Shown here: piece after piece, positions 31,138 through 42,451 of the stretch
Numbering within the stretch: position 1 is the stretch's first letter
How the letters are laid out: the number at the start of each line of letters is the position of its first letter
Origin: Candidatus Bathyarchaeota archaeon
GTDB taxonomy: Archaea; Thermoproteota; Bathyarchaeia; Bathyarchaeales; Bathycorpusculaceae
NCBI GenBank assembly: GCA_963806535.1
Contig: CAWDYC010000007.1
Location: 333,043 to 397,042 of the forward strand
Length of the DNA stretch: 64,000 nt
Direction of reading: 5' to 3'
Position numbers and translations under genes: made by a program
Notes under the pieces: generated by a model
The model's database searches: none
What the model was told of the DNA's origin: nothing
Seen by the model: the letters and a program-made list of their open reading frames with translations, nothing else

Positions 31138-33288
31138 CTAAACTGACTTTTCGAGTCTACGTTTCTTTTGTTTAAAGCTTACGGGTGGCATTTTTGGTTG
31201 ATGAACACACCATGGATCCTCAGTTAGGTAATCATTTTTTAATTCTGCAGGTTCATGCAGGTCACCGCAGTAATCTATGAAGTCATTCGAAAGACCGTAT
31301 GCTCGAGCTCGGCAGCCACCACATGAAGCACGATACTCGCAAACCCCACATTTGCCTTTAAGTGAATTCGGGTTTCTTAGGTCTTTGAAGACTTTTGAGT
31401 TGAACCATATTTCTTTGAAGCTTTTTTCTCGAATGTTTCCGAGTTTAATTGGAAGGTAGGGGCAAGGTGTTACGTCCCCGTTTGGGTAGATGCGACAATA
31501 ATATAATCCAGCGATGCAACCGCGAATCCACTGCCTCATATCTAAACCCATGCCTTTTGCTATTCGCATAAACTGTGGTGCACATGAGGGTCTAACGTTT
31601 AATCTATGATTTGCGGTTTTTGCGAATGTCTTTGTTATCATTTCCTCATATTTTTCTGGTGAAATATCGGTTAATTTGGTTCCTCGGCCGGTTGGAACAA
31701 GGAAGAACAAATGGAAGTTTTCCACGCCTATGTTTTCGGCCAATGACATAATGTCATCTATTTGACTGTAATTCTGTTGCGTTAAGGTTGTGTTGACTTG
31801 AACAAGAACATTATTTTTTCTCAAAAGTTTGCAAGCTTCAACGGCTTTTTCCCACGCGCCTGTTACTCCTCTAAACTCGTCATGTTGCGCGGGAATATTT
31901 GAGTCTAGACTAATCGAGACGGTAGCTATTCCTGCTTCCTTCAGTTTTTGTGCAACAGCTTCGTCGATGAGACTTCCATTGCTTCCAAGCCCCATTTTCA
32001 AACCTTTTCTTGCCCCGTACTTGATTAGTTCAAAAATATCAGGGCGCAATAGAGGTTCACCACCGCTCAGAATTAGAAGTGGTGCGCTAACTTGGTAGAT
32101 TTGATCCATGAGATTTTTTGCTTCTTTTGTTGTTAATTCATTTTCAAGTTTTTTTTCTGTTGCGTTGATGTAGCAATGGCTGCATTTCATGTTGCATTCG
32201 CGTGTGACGTTCCAGGACATTACAAGGGGAACAAAGCGTTCAGACTTCTCCGCCATGGGTGAATGCGCGAGCTTAAGGTAAAATTCACACTTTCCATGCG
32301 TTGCTATTCGTTTAGGCTGCCAAAGTGTAAATGGAAAAGGAAGCACAGTATCCAGCATTGCTTTTGCATGAGCAAAACAGAAATGAGTGCAAAACAACGA
32401 AGATACTTCCGGATTTACACCGTATTTTTCCTGAGCATATGTGTGGCTACCAAAAATTGGGCAATTCAAAAATTCCATGTGTCCATCGAGCGTTTCTGTG
32501 GACATTGTGTAATTGATGAAGTGGTCGCTTAGCATAATTGATTGAAGTTTTTCCCGCCGCATACCAACCTTAAGAGTTACATCAAGGGCTATGTTAACTG
32601 TTTCTTGGCCAAACTTATCCTGAATCCTCTGCATAGCATCCTCCAATTTAATCAAGTCGATGCTTTTTGCCAGTTCAGCCATGACTAGTAAGCCCTTTAT
32701 TGTTTCGTACTCTTGAATTAAACGCATCCGTACAATCTGTTCCGTCCAGTCAAGAAACAATTTTTTTAATGTAGGGGAAGCCTGAGAGTCTTTATTTTTA
32801 AGATGGTTTTCGACTAGTTTGTTACCTTTCCGCAAGTTTGCGAAAAGATTAATTTTTTCTGCAGTTCCCAAATGTGGAGTCGAGGTTATTTGCTCAAAAT
32901 TAATGCTAGAAGGCGCTATTCCTGCAATGAGGGTTTTTGCGTCAGATTCAAAATCACCATAAATATCATTAAGCTTGGATGACACATCGGGCAAGTCAAC
33001 ATGCAACTCGTCAATTAACATGCGCGTTTCAGAATCCATTTTTGTCACCATAGCCATATGATACAAAAGAGAGCCAGCCATACTGGGGTCAGTTTGTTTG
33101 CCGCCGTTTACTCCAGTAAAAATTTGAGAAAACAAACTTTTTGCCAAATCAAAGTTTTCCTCTGTAATTGCAGTTAAGGCTTGATCGAGTTTCTGTTGCC
33201 TCAGAAGTAAAAGTTGCGCCCATTTATGGCAGTGTATAGTGTCGAATTTTGTTACTCCATCCACGTCCTTAAGGTTGTTAAGATTCAA
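31138..33288 (-). CDS. Radical SAM/SPASM protein (NirJ/AhbD-like) with a ~350-aa N-terminal extension
   Basis: CNMKCSHC, SGGEP, SPASM GCIAG..PC..KCGVC..CGGCRARAY..DPWC. Confidence 0.85.
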   Translation of the reverse strand: MNLNNLKDVDGVTKFDTIHCHKWAQLLLLRQQKLDQALTAITEENFDLAKSLFSQIFTGVNGGKQTDPSMAGSLLYHMAMVTKMDSETRMLIDELHVDLPDVSSKLNDIYGDFESDAKTLIAGIAPSSINFEQITSTPHLGTAEKINLFANLRKGNKLVENHLKNKDSQASPTLKKLFLDWTEQIVRMRLIQEYETIKGLLVMAELAKSIDLIKLEDAMQRIQDKFGQETVNIALDVTLKVGMRREKLQSIMLSDHFINYTMSTETLDGHMEFLNCPIFGSHTYAQEKYGVNPEVSSLFCTHFCFAHAKAMLDTVLPFPFTLWQPKRIATHGKCEFYLKLAHSPMAEKSERFVPLVMSWNVTRECNMKCSHCYINATEKKLENELTTKEAKNLMDQIYQVSAPLLILSGGEPLLRPDIFELIKYGARKGLKMGLGSNGSLIDEAVAQKLKEAGIATVSISLDSNIPAQHDEFRGVTGAWEKAVEACKLLRKNNVLVQVNTTLTQQNYSQIDDIMSLAENIGVENFHLFFLVPTGRGTKLTDISPEKYEEMITKTFAKTANHRLNVRPSCAPQFMRIAKGMGLDMRQWIRGCIAGLYYCRIYPNGDVTPCPYLPIKLGNIREKSFKEIWFNSKVFKDLRNPNSLKGKCGVCEYRASCGGCRARAYGLSNDFIDYCGDLHEPAELKNDYLTEDPWCVHQPKMPPVSFKQKKRRLEKSV

Positions 33289-33401
33289 TGATGAAGGTAA
33301 AAAAGGTTAACGGTGTTCTGATTGACAACAAGCCATCTTTTGTAGAGACCTGTATTCGATAAGCTAATTAACCTCTAAAACATCCATAAGCCAATTAACA
33401 G

Positions 33402-33698
33402 GTGAAAACTTTGAGTTTCGACTGGATCTATACTCTAGTTGGCTTCCTAATCATGCTTGGCTTGTTGGGCGGTATCGGCATAAACAAGCCTCGCGGAATG
33501 AGCGTTAAAATGTGGTGCGTCGGTTACTTGGCAGTTGCCTTAGGCTTCGACGTGCTCGTAGTTCTAGGATTAGTCGGAAACTATGCGCCGCTTAACAATT
33601 TGCTCTTAGGGCTTTCAGCAGGCGCCGCTACAGGCTTAGCTATACATGTCATGCATCATATCAATGAAGAAAACGTTAACCCAACCATAATGGGTTGA
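33402..33698 (+). CDS. Small three-TM membrane protein
   Basis: Three hydrophobic segments in 98 aa. Confidence 0.65.
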   Translation: MKTLSFDWIYTLVGFLIMLGLLGGIGINKPRGMSVKMWCVGYLAVALGFDVLVVLGLVGNYAPLNNLLLGLSAGAATGLAIHVMHHINEENVNPTIMG

Positions 33699-34282
33699 GC
33701 TATAGGCTCATTTGTTGCCTAATTACTCTTTTCCGCCAGCCATGCATGATTGTTTAGCTTTTGATTTTGCGGACTTGACAGGAATAATGAAATTTAGTTA
33801 TTGACGGATTTTGTGCAGTGTTTATTCTTTAAGTTTTAGGTTCCTTTTCTGAATTAAGCTTTGATTTCTTTACAGGTTGCGTCAAAAATCGCAAGAAACG
33901 TCTAAATTCGTCAAATAATGTTCAGGGACAAAAGTGAAAAAGTGAAATTGACTGGAGCTTATCTCGTTATCTTTTTTAGCGTTTTTTGTTCATTGTGTTT
34001 TAAGTTGTTTTTTGGCGAAAGGGCTTGAATTCTTTGCAGGCTGCGTACAAGGAAGGACAAGCATACACACCTGCGGAAACCTGAGGAAAATCAAGCTTTA
34101 AGAAATGCTTTCACCAAAAATTTCATTACATTTGTATCGGTCAACTTTTTAACGTTATCTTTAAGTATTGAAATTACTTCAATTTATGTAATTAAATATT
34201 GGAATTCTGATGGTTGTCTAATAAATTGACAACCTTTATATGTCGATAAGAAAAACAAATCTTTCCAAAGGATGAGACATTT

Positions 34283-36220
34283 ATGGGAAAGTCCCTTACA
34301 CGAAAAATCCTGGAAAACCATTTAGTTACAGGCGAATACGTACAAGGCAAAGAAATAGGCATAAAAATAGACCAAACCCTCACCCAAGACGCCACAGGAA
34401 CAATGGCTTACCTACAGTTTGAAGCAATGGGCCTCAAGCAAGTAAAAACCGAGCTTTCAGTGAGCTACGTCGACCACAACACCATCCAGGTAGGTTTTGA
34501 GAATGCCGATGATCACAAATACCTACAAACGGTAGCGGCCAAATATGGAATCATTTACTCGAAAGCAGGAAATGGAATTTGCCATCAAGTTCATCTAGAG
34601 CGATTCGGCAAACCGGGAAAAACCCTCCTCGGCTCAGATAGTCACACTCCAACCGGCGGCGGCATTGGAATGATCGCAATCGGAGCCGGCGGACTGGACG
34701 TTGCAGTAGCAATGGGCGGAGGGGAATTCTATCTTAATTGTCCAAAAGTCTACAAAATAAATCTGATAGGCAGCCTTCAGCCTTGGATCACCGCAAAAGA
34801 CGTTGTTTTAAAGATGCTAGAGATGTTCACGGTCAAAGGCAACGTCGATGTTGTAATGGAGTACTCTGGTCCCGGAGTAAAAAGCCTAACTGTTCCAGAA
34901 AGAGCAACCATCACAAACATGGGTGCCGAAATGGGTGTCACAACATCAATATTCCCCTCAGATGAGGAAACAAAAAAGTTTCTCAAGGCACAAGACCGAG
35001 AAGATGATTGGATCGAACTAAAAGCTGACGATGACGCAGAATATGACAAAATCGTGGACCTTGACCTAACCACATTAGAACCTCTTGCAGCAGCGCCGCA
35101 TAGTCCAGGCAACGTAGTTCGAATTAGCGACCTGAAGGATTTGAAAGTGGACCAAGTAATGCTTGGATCCTGTACCAACTCATCTTACAAAGAGATTGCA
35201 ACTGTAGCTAAAATTATGAAAGGCAAAAAAGTGCATCCCGACGTTTCGTTTGGAGTTGCACCCGGCTCAAGACAAGTTCTGCAAATGGCCGCAAAAGATG
35301 GTTACCTAGGTGACCTACTTGACTCTGGCGCTAGACTATTGGAAGCGACATGTGGCTTTTGTATTGGTAACAGTCAGAGCCCCAAATCGACCGGCGTCTC
35401 ATTAAGGACAAGTAACAGGAACTTTGAAGGAAGAAGCGGCACGGCGAATGCGCAAGTCTATCTTGTAAGCCCAGAAGTTGCAGCTGTGGCAGCACTCACC
35501 GGAAAGTTCACAGATCCCAGAAATGCCGGTATAGAATACCCCGCGGTTGAGATGCCCTCCGAATTTCTTATCGACGATTCCATGTTTATCTTTCCAAAGA
35601 ACGCCGACAGAAATAGTGAACTTGTCAGGGGACCAAACATCGGTACGCCACCAGTCAATGACAAAATGGCTGAGCAAATAAAAGGCATTGTCGGCATAAA
35701 GGTTGGCGATAAGATTACAACTGATCACATAATGCCCGCAGGAGCCAGACTCAAATACCGCTCCAATGTCCCTGAATATTCAAAGTATGTTTTCGAACCA
35801 ATTGACAAAGCATTCCCAACCAGAGCAATGGAAGCAAAGAAGCAAGGATTGGCGACGGTTATCGTTGCTGGTGAATCCTACGGTCAAGGCAGCTCTAGAG
35901 AGCACGCGGCACTTTGCCCCATGTATTTAGGAGTAAAGGCAGTTGTAGCGAAGTCAGTGGAGAGAATTCACGCAGCCAATCTCGTAAACTTTGGCATAAT
36001 TTCGCTTTCTTTCAAGAACATGGCGGACTATGATAAGATAGATCAAGGAGACGAAATCGAAATACCAGACATTAAAAAGAAATTGCAAAACAACGAGCCG
36101 GTCATCTTGATTGACAAGACAAAGAACCTAAAAATCGAGCTTGGGTACAGTCTTTCCCAAAGACAAAAAGACATACTTTTCGCCGGCGGTTTGCTCCCAT
36201 ACACCGTTAAGGGTAATTAA
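34283..36220 (+). CDS. acn: Aconitate hydratase
   Basis: [38 protein letters not shown]. Confidence 0.95.
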   Translation: MGKSLTRKILENHLVTGEYVQGKEIGIKIDQTLTQDATGTMAYLQFEAMGLKQVKTELSVSYVDHNTIQVGFENADDHKYLQTVAAKYGIIYSKAGNGICHQVHLERFGKPGKTLLGSDSHTPTGGGIGMIAIGAGGLDVAVAMGGGEFYLNCPKVYKINLIGSLQPWITAKDVVLKMLEMFTVKGNVDVVMEYSGPGVKSLTVPERATITNMGAEMGVTTSIFPSDEETKKFLKAQDREDDWIELKADDDAEYDKIVDLDLTTLEPLAAAPHSPGNVVRISDLKDLKVDQVMLGSCTNSSYKEIATVAKIMKGKKVHPDVSFGVAPGSRQVLQMAAKDGYLGDLLDSGARLLEATCGFCIGNSQSPKSTGVSLRTSNRNFEGRSGTANAQVYLVSPEVAAVAALTGKFTDPRNAGIEYPAVEMPSEFLIDDSMFIFPKNADRNSELVRGPNIGTPPVNDKMAEQIKGIVGIKVGDKITTDHIMPAGARLKYRSNVPEYSKYVFEPIDKAFPTRAMEAKKQGLATVIVAGESYGQGSSREHAALCPMYLGVKAVVAKSVERIHAANLVNFGIISLSFKNMADYDKIDQGDEIEIPDIKKKLQNNEPVILIDKTKNLKIELGYSLSQRQKDILFAGGLLPYTVKGN

Positions 36221-36225
36221 AGGAG

Positions 36226-37452
36226 ATGCTTAGATTGAGCAAAATAAAAGTTAAAACACCAATTGTCGAGATAGACGGAGACGAAATGACCAGAGTGATG
36301 TGGCAAATGGTCAAAGACCAGCTCCTTTTGCCCTATTTAGATATGAATATAGCCTATTATGATCTTCAGCTAAAGAAAAGGGATGAAACTGAAGACAAAA
36401 TAACTCTCGAGGCAGCAGAAGCCATAAGGAAATATGGGGTCGGGGTAAAATGCGCAACAATCACACCCAACAAAGACCGCGTTAAAGAATACAACCTCAA
36501 GAAAGAATGGAGTAGTCCCAACGGAACTATCAGAGCTGCATTGGATGGCACTGTTTTTAGGGCGCCGATTTTAGTCAAAAACATTCCGCCGTCTGTTAGG
36601 TCCTGGAAAAAACCAATTCATATCGGCAGGCATGCTTATGGTGATGTGTACAAGAATTGTGAGTACAGGGTTCCTGAAGCTGGAAAAGCCGAGATGGTTT
36701 TCACAAACAACGCAGGCAAAGAACTTTGGCGTGGAACCATTCAGGATTTCAAGAGTCCGGGAATAATTCAAGGCATTCACAATACCGACAAGTCAATAGA
36801 AAGCTTCGCAAAGGCTTGCTTTACGTATGCTTATGATCAAAAACTACATCTTTGGTTTGGCGCCAAGGACACGATTTCTAAAACATATGATGCACAATTC
36901 AAAAAAATCTTTGAAGAAGAATACAAAAAAAACTGGGAAACTAAGTTCAAACAAACTGGGCTAAATTACTTTTTCACACTTATCGACGACGCAGTTGCCC
37001 GAATAATGAAAACAGAAGGCGGTTTGCTATGGGCATGCAAAAACTATGACGGTGACGTAATGAGCGACATGTTAGGTTCAGCCTACGGCAGCTTGGCAAT
37101 GATGACCTCCGTCCTTGTTAGCCCTCAGGGATATTACGAATTTGAGGCTTCTCATGGAACGGTCCAGAAACACTATTACAAGTACCTCAGAGGTGAAAAG
37201 ACCTCAAGCAACTCAATGGCCCTGATATTCGCTTGGACAGGTTGCCTCAGAAAAAGAGGCGAACTTGACGAAACACCTGACGTCGTGGATTTCGCAACAA
37301 AGCTTGAAGAAGCGGCTCTTGAAACTGTCGAAAGTGGAGTCATGACTGGTGATTTAACGGTTGTTGCAACTCCTGACCCGAAGAATAGGAAGGTGGAAAC
37401 CGAAGAGTTTATTGCTGAAGTAGCAAAAAGACTCAAGAAAAAGCTTCAATAG
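36226..37452 (+). CDS. icd: NADP-dependent isocitrate dehydrogenase (type II)
   Basis: [36 protein letters not shown]. Confidence 0.95.
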   Translation: MLRLSKIKVKTPIVEIDGDEMTRVMWQMVKDQLLLPYLDMNIAYYDLQLKKRDETEDKITLEAAEAIRKYGVGVKCATITPNKDRVKEYNLKKEWSSPNGTIRAALDGTVFRAPILVKNIPPSVRSWKKPIHIGRHAYGDVYKNCEYRVPEAGKAEMVFTNNAGKELWRGTIQDFKSPGIIQGIHNTDKSIESFAKACFTYAYDQKLHLWFGAKDTISKTYDAQFKKIFEEEYKKNWETKFKQTGLNYFFTLIDDAVARIMKTEGGLLWACKNYDGDVMSDMLGSAYGSLAMMTSVLVSPQGYYEFEASHGTVQKHYYKYLRGEKTSSNSMALIFAWTGCLRKRGELDETPDVVDFATKLEEAALETVESGVMTGDLTVVATPDPKNRKVETEEFIAEVAKRLKKKLQ

Positions 37453-37465
37453 AGAGTAGACATGT

Positions 37466-38779
37466 ATGGCGCATAAAGCGATTAGGGAAGCAGACGGGAA
37501 GCGAATGCTTGCTCGTCTGTTTAAGGACTACTCGGAAGAAAAATACGATGTTTCAGATAAAATTGTTACAGTTGATCCATGTACTGACATGGTGAAGCTG
37601 CCGAAACAATACGAATGGTTAACAACCGAAAAGTTGGTTGTCAAACCTGATCAGTTGATTAAGCGCAGAGGCAAAAACAACCTTGTTCTAGTTAATGCCA
37701 ATTTCGAACAAGCAAAAGCATGGATAGAAGAGAAATCCAAGAAACCTTTAACCATCCATGGAAAGTTTGATGCCCACGGAAAACCAGTCGATAAAGGAAT
37801 CGTTGGGCAACTTAACCACTTCATCATCGAGCCAATGGTGCCACACAAAGAATCTGACGAATCCTATCTTGCCATAATATCAACTAAAGACGGAGACACA
37901 ATCCTGTTCTACCCTAAAGGCGGCGTGAATGTCGGAGATGTAGACGCAAAGGCAGTCAGATTAAAAGTACCGATTGGTACATTCCCGAAAGCATCGGAAA
38001 TCGAAAAAAAATTGTTAGCAGAGGTGCCTGCTGACTGCAAGAAGCTGATTTCCTGTTTCATCGAATCGTTATTTAAATTCTATGCGGACCTGAACTTCAC
38101 TTATTTAGAAATGAATCCAATTGTTGTAACAAAGGATTCCGTTGTTCCATTAGATCTTGCTGCCAAACTCGATAGCACTGCCGAGTTTGAAAGCGGGACG
38201 AAGTGGGGAAAAATAGAGTTTCCCGCTCCTTTTGGCCGAACGCTAACTAGAGAAGAAGCATACATTGAGGAATTGGATTCTAAAACTGGTGCATCGCTTA
38301 AGTTAACCGTTCTTAATCCGGAAGGAAGAGTGTGGACAATGGTTGCAGGCGGCGGTGCCTCCGTCATTTACGCAGATACAATTACCGACCTTGGTTTCAT
38401 GCATGAATTGGCGAATTACGGTGAATACTCTGGTGACCCAAGCGAGGAATTTACCTACTCTTATGCAAAAACAATTCTCGAAGTCATGACACGAAAGCCG
38501 CATCCAAAGGGGAAGTTTCTGCTCATAGGTGGCGGAATAGCAAATTTCACTGACGTCGCAAGCACATTCAAAGGCATTATCAAGGCGCTTAAAGAATACC
38601 AGAAGAATCTTCAGGAAAACAAAGTCAAAATTTATGTTCGGAGAGGAGGCCCCAACTACAAGGAAGGTCTCTGTCAAATGAGAGAGCTGGGAGAAAAGCT
38701 AGGTGTGCCAGTCGAAGTCTACGGGCCAGAAACTCACATGACCAAAATTGTTTCAATGGCCTTAAAGGAAGGAAAGTAA
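37466..38779 (+). CDS. aclB: ATP-citrate lyase beta subunit
   Basis: [41 protein letters not shown]. Confidence 0.92.
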   Translation: MAHKAIREADGKRMLARLFKDYSEEKYDVSDKIVTVDPCTDMVKLPKQYEWLTTEKLVVKPDQLIKRRGKNNLVLVNANFEQAKAWIEEKSKKPLTIHGKFDAHGKPVDKGIVGQLNHFIIEPMVPHKESDESYLAIISTKDGDTILFYPKGGVNVGDVDAKAVRLKVPIGTFPKASEIEKKLLAEVPADCKKLISCFIESLFKFYADLNFTYLEMNPIVVTKDSVVPLDLAAKLDSTAEFESGTKWGKIEFPAPFGRTLTREEAYIEELDSKTGASLKLTVLNPEGRVWTMVAGGGASVIYADTITDLGFMHELANYGEYSGDPSEEFTYSYAKTILEVMTRKPHPKGKFLLIGGGIANFTDVASTFKGIIKALKEYQKNLQENKVKIYVRRGGPNYKEGLCQMRELGEKLGVPVEVYGPETHMTKIVSMALKEGK

Positions 38780-38780
38780 C

Positions 38781-40631
38781 TTGGCGAAAACAAAATCCAC
38801 CAAGAAAGAGTCATGTGAACTGTTCGATAGGTGCACTCAAGCATTCATTTACAATAATCAGGTCAATGCGACCCAGAGAATGCTGGACTTCGACTATATA
38901 GCGGGGCGTGAGACCCCGTCAGTTGCAGCAATAATTAACCCTACGGGCGTTGACAGTTTTGCAAAGTTTTTCTTCGGCACGAAAGAAATTTTGATTCCTA
39001 TATACAAAACCTTCGAAAAAGCAACAAAGCTGCATCCAAATGTGGATGTGGTGATTAACTTTGCATCATTTAGGTCGGCGGCATCTTCAACTGAGGAAGC
39101 ACTCAATCTTTCGCATATACGAACCGTTGTAATAATAGCCGAGGGCGTTCCTGAGCGGCGAATGAAAATGGTCACCGCCAAGGCTAAAGCTCTTGGAAAA
39201 GTCATTATTGGACCCGCAACAGTAGGTGGAATAAAAGCTGGAGCGTTCAAAATCGGCAATGCAGGTGGCACAATTGAAAATATCATTGACTCCAAGCTTC
39301 ATAGACCCGGTTCCGTAGGTTTTGTATCCAAATCCGGTGGGTTAAGCAACGAAGCATACAACATCATAGCAAGAAACACGGATGGTCTATACGAAGGTAT
39401 AGCTATTGGCGGAGACACCTATCCTGCCTCAACGCTTCTTGAACATCTTCTCAGATTTGAATGCATTCCAGAAATCAAAATGCTCGTGTGCTTAGGTGAA
39501 GTAGGCGGAACTGCTGAATACGACATTGCTGAAGCAATTAAGAACAAAAAAATAACAAAGCCCTTGGTGATTTGGGTCACTGGCACATGCTCCAAGGCGT
39601 TCAAGACTGAAGTTCAGTTTGGCCATGCAGGTGCAAAAGCTGGTTGTGATGTAGAGACTGCCGATGCAAAGAATGCAGCGTTGAGGAAAGCCGGTGCTAT
39701 AGTTCCCAACTCTTATGATGATTATGACCAGAAGATTAGGGAGACATATGAGAGCTTGGTATGTAAGGGTATCATTAAGCCTAAGCCAGAGCCGCCCGTG
39801 CCTAGGATCCCTATGGATTATGCTAAGGCAGTAAAAGAGGGCCTGATCAGGAAGCCTGCCAATTTTATCTGCACGATTTCCGATGATCGAGGCGAAGAAC
39901 TACTCTACGGCAAAATGCCGATTTCCGAGGTCTTTAAAAAAGACATAGGCATCGGCGGAGTACTCAGTATCCTTTGGTTTAAACGTCAGTTTCCGGCATA
40001 CGCGACCAAGTTCATAGAAATGGCTATTATGGTTACAGCCGATCACGGACCAGCAGTGTCGGGAGCTCATAATACAATAGTTGCAGCAAGAGCAGGTAAA
40101 GACCTGATTTCTTCCGTGGCAAGTGGTATGCTTACCATTGGTCCCAGATTTGGAGGCGCAATCGACGGTGCAGCCCAAATGTTCTCCTCTGCATTTGACA
40201 GAGGCTTAACTCCTACACAATTCGTTGAAGAAATGAAACAGAAAGGCGAAACCATCCAAGGAATCGGACACTTGATAAAGAGCATAAACAACCCTGACAT
40301 GCGGGTCTCCATCATGAAAGAATACGCTAAAAAACACTTCAAAGCAACACCACTTCTAGACTATGCCCTTGAGGTAGAAAAGATTACCACAGCCAAAAAA
40401 GACAACCTCATATTGAACGTAGACGGGTGTATCGGAATTTGCTTTGTTGACATGTTAAGAAACGAAATGACAAAACAGGAAGCTGACGAATACATTCAGA
40501 TGGGTGCCCTCAACGGCTTATTCGTAGTTGGCAGAACAATTGGCATGACGGCTCACTTCTTGGATCAAAAACGGCTAAAGCAAGGTCTCTACAGACATCC
40601 ATGGGACGACATTACATACATGACAGAATAG
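38781..40631 (+). CDS. aclA: ATP-citrate lyase alpha subunit
   Basis: GPATVGG, FGHAGA phospho-His, [26 protein letters not shown]. Confidence 0.92.
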   Translation: MAKTKSTKKESCELFDRCTQAFIYNNQVNATQRMLDFDYIAGRETPSVAAIINPTGVDSFAKFFFGTKEILIPIYKTFEKATKLHPNVDVVINFASFRSAASSTEEALNLSHIRTVVIIAEGVPERRMKMVTAKAKALGKVIIGPATVGGIKAGAFKIGNAGGTIENIIDSKLHRPGSVGFVSKSGGLSNEAYNIIARNTDGLYEGIAIGGDTYPASTLLEHLLRFECIPEIKMLVCLGEVGGTAEYDIAEAIKNKKITKPLVIWVTGTCSKAFKTEVQFGHAGAKAGCDVETADAKNAALRKAGAIVPNSYDDYDQKIRETYESLVCKGIIKPKPEPPVPRIPMDYAKAVKEGLIRKPANFICTISDDRGEELLYGKMPISEVFKKDIGIGGVLSILWFKRQFPAYATKFIEMAIMVTADHGPAVSGAHNTIVAARAGKDLISSVASGMLTIGPRFGGAIDGAAQMFSSAFDRGLTPTQFVEEMKQKGETIQGIGHLIKSINNPDMRVSIMKEYAKKHFKATPLLDYALEVEKITTAKKDNLILNVDGCIGICFVDMLRNEMTKQEADEYIQMGALNGLFVVGRTIGMTAHFLDQKRLKQGLYRHPWDDITYMTE

Positions 40632-40695
40632 TTAGATTTAAGAAATCGCATCTAGCACGTTTTTCGAGTTTCGTTCTTTCACTGAATCCAAGCAG

Positions 40696-40902
40696 CTATA
40701 TCGCTGAACATTTAACCCACAATCTAAGCCACTCTAAATACTCGTCTCCATCAAGCCACTCAACATAAGGTTTTTCCTCACTGTTTAACGGCTCATAACG
40801 TACAAAATGTCGTCCATTAGACGTGCTAAATAAAATAGCTTTGAAATCACCAAAGTCACTGATGCCTTCAGCAATCTTTTCCATTTTGCTAAACCCGCTC
40901 AA
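40696..40902 (-). CDS. Small hypothetical protein
   Basis: 68-aa ORF of plausible composition; no motif recognised. Confidence 0.45.
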   Translation of the reverse strand: MSGFSKMEKIAEGISDFGDFKAILFSTSNGRHFVRYEPLNSEEKPYVEWLDGDEYLEWLRLWVKCSAI

Positions 40903-41036
40903 GACTTGATATTCTTTGATTTAGATATAAAACTAACGCAAATCAGCACGTCTCTAATTAGCGCTTGACGACGGGTCATTTTGGGAGAATTTGAGCCTAT
41001 CGAGTAAAATTGCACCTGCTCTTTGAAGCTTTCACT

Positions 41037-41936
41037 TCAAAAATCGATTGTTTTGCCAAGATGTTTCTTTACTTTTTTGCTTAGATCATTTATTGTTGCG
41101 AGGCTTTTCACTCTCTGCGCGTTTTCTATGCCTAATTGGACATCTTCTTTGTCGATTGTCGATTTTTGACCAAATTCGGCTGACTGTCCGGCTGTGAGTA
41201 GCATTGACATGCCGAGGCGAATATCAGCCATGTCCTCGGTTGCTTTTGCAATAGTGTTTAGTAATTCATCCGAAATAACGTTTGGTTTGAAAGCCTGCTG
41301 AGCTCGGTCTTTCAGAATTTGGAATGCTTCTGATGCTGAATATGGATTAAAAAGGATCATCATCGGCTGTAATGTACTTAAGCATCTTTCCGGAAGTTGG
41401 GTGGCTTGACTTAATTTGTTACTTATTAGGATTAGTGTTGTTTTTGGTTGCCGATTCAAGTAGTAGATTAATGGTTCTTTTTCTTTGAAGAGAATGCTTT
41501 CAACTTCATCAATGGCTATTAAAACGGGTTTTTCTTTGAGCGTGCTCTCGAAAGCTTGTTTAAGGCGAAAAAATTGCCATCCGATTTCTGGTACTTCAAT
41601 ATTAAGCTGTTTAAGAATTTCAAGTAAAGTATAATATGGATTTCTGGTTCTGCCCGCATTTACGTAGGCTGCGGCAACCGGGCAATTAATATCTTTTGAG
41701 TGCCGCAGCGTTTCCTTCAGTAAATATTGAATACTTGCTGTTTTGCCTGTCCCTGGGGGTCCCCAAACAAAGAGGTTTCTCGCGCGACCCGCAGTGAAAA
41801 TGCTGGAAATGTTTGAAGCCATTGAAGCTAGATACGTTTCACGGCAAAGAGGTGTTCCGCTCGGCGGGTCCGATTGTGCATCTAAGACAACAGCATCTTG
41901 AAGTATATTGCTCTTTCTTGTTTCAAACAGCGGCAT
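41037..41936 (-). CDS. Cdc6/Orc1 paralogue lacking the C-terminal winged-helix domain
   Basis: GPPGTGKT, YVNA, IDEVE, ILISN, FNPY, DIR sensor motifs; ends at 299 aa. Confidence 0.85.
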   Translation of the reverse strand: MPLFETRKSNILQDAVVLDAQSDPPSGTPLCRETYLASMASNISSIFTAGRARNLFVWGPPGTGKTASIQYLLKETLRHSKDINCPVAAAYVNAGRTRNPYYTLLEILKQLNIEVPEIGWQFFRLKQAFESTLKEKPVLIAIDEVESILFKEKEPLIYYLNRQPKTTLILISNKLSQATQLPERCLSTLQPMMILFNPYSASEAFQILKDRAQQAFKPNVISDELLNTIAKATEDMADIRLGMSMLLTAGQSAEFGQKSTIDKEDVQLGIENAQRVKSLATINDLSKKVKKHLGKTIDF

Positions 41937-42365
41937 GACACATCATCTCGGATAGACTTAGAGAGACAGAGAGAGACGGAGGAGGGAGGTCATGGGAAGT
42001 TCTTATTTTACACCAACCTCGGCAACCTCGACTATTAAAGTTTTTATACATGAAAATGTTGCAAAAGCAATTTCATTCCATTAGATATTGTGTTTTTTGG
42101 CGCGCCTAAGCTCACAGGTTTGAAAAACGGAAATTACTCAAAAGTTAAATTGAATGCTCTGACTTATGTTTTTCAAAAATAATCGGTAACTACGTTGGAG
42201 AAAGTGGAGTTTGAATGTAGAAGATGCGAAAAAAATAGTATCTGCTGAGCAGCATAAAATCCTCCATTTCCGTCAAAGCTGTGAAACGTTACTTACCCCT
42301 GGACCTTAGCAGAATCCTTGGCTTTTTCAATTTTTAGCCCTTCAACATATATTTTGGTCTTAATG

Positions 42366-42408
42366 TGGCGCAGAGGAAGGGATTCGAACCCCACTTTACT
42401 AGTAAAAC
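42366..42408 (-). repeat. tRNA 3'-end-like att scar A (T-loop, acceptor strand, G-CCA; tRNA-Ser-like) with adjacent palindrome
   Basis: Minus strand GGGGTTCGAATCCCTTCCTCTGCGCCA; followed on the plus strand by TTTACTAGTAAA. Confidence 0.75.
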
Positions 42409-42451
42409 TAACTCAATCTTTCACAGTACTTACATGGAGATTGTTCTGAAC

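Noticed and set aside
34738-40342. Numerous antisense or overlapping ORFs in the track (for example 34777-35178, 38894-39295)
   Set aside because: They are shadows of strongly supported genes on the other strand or frame
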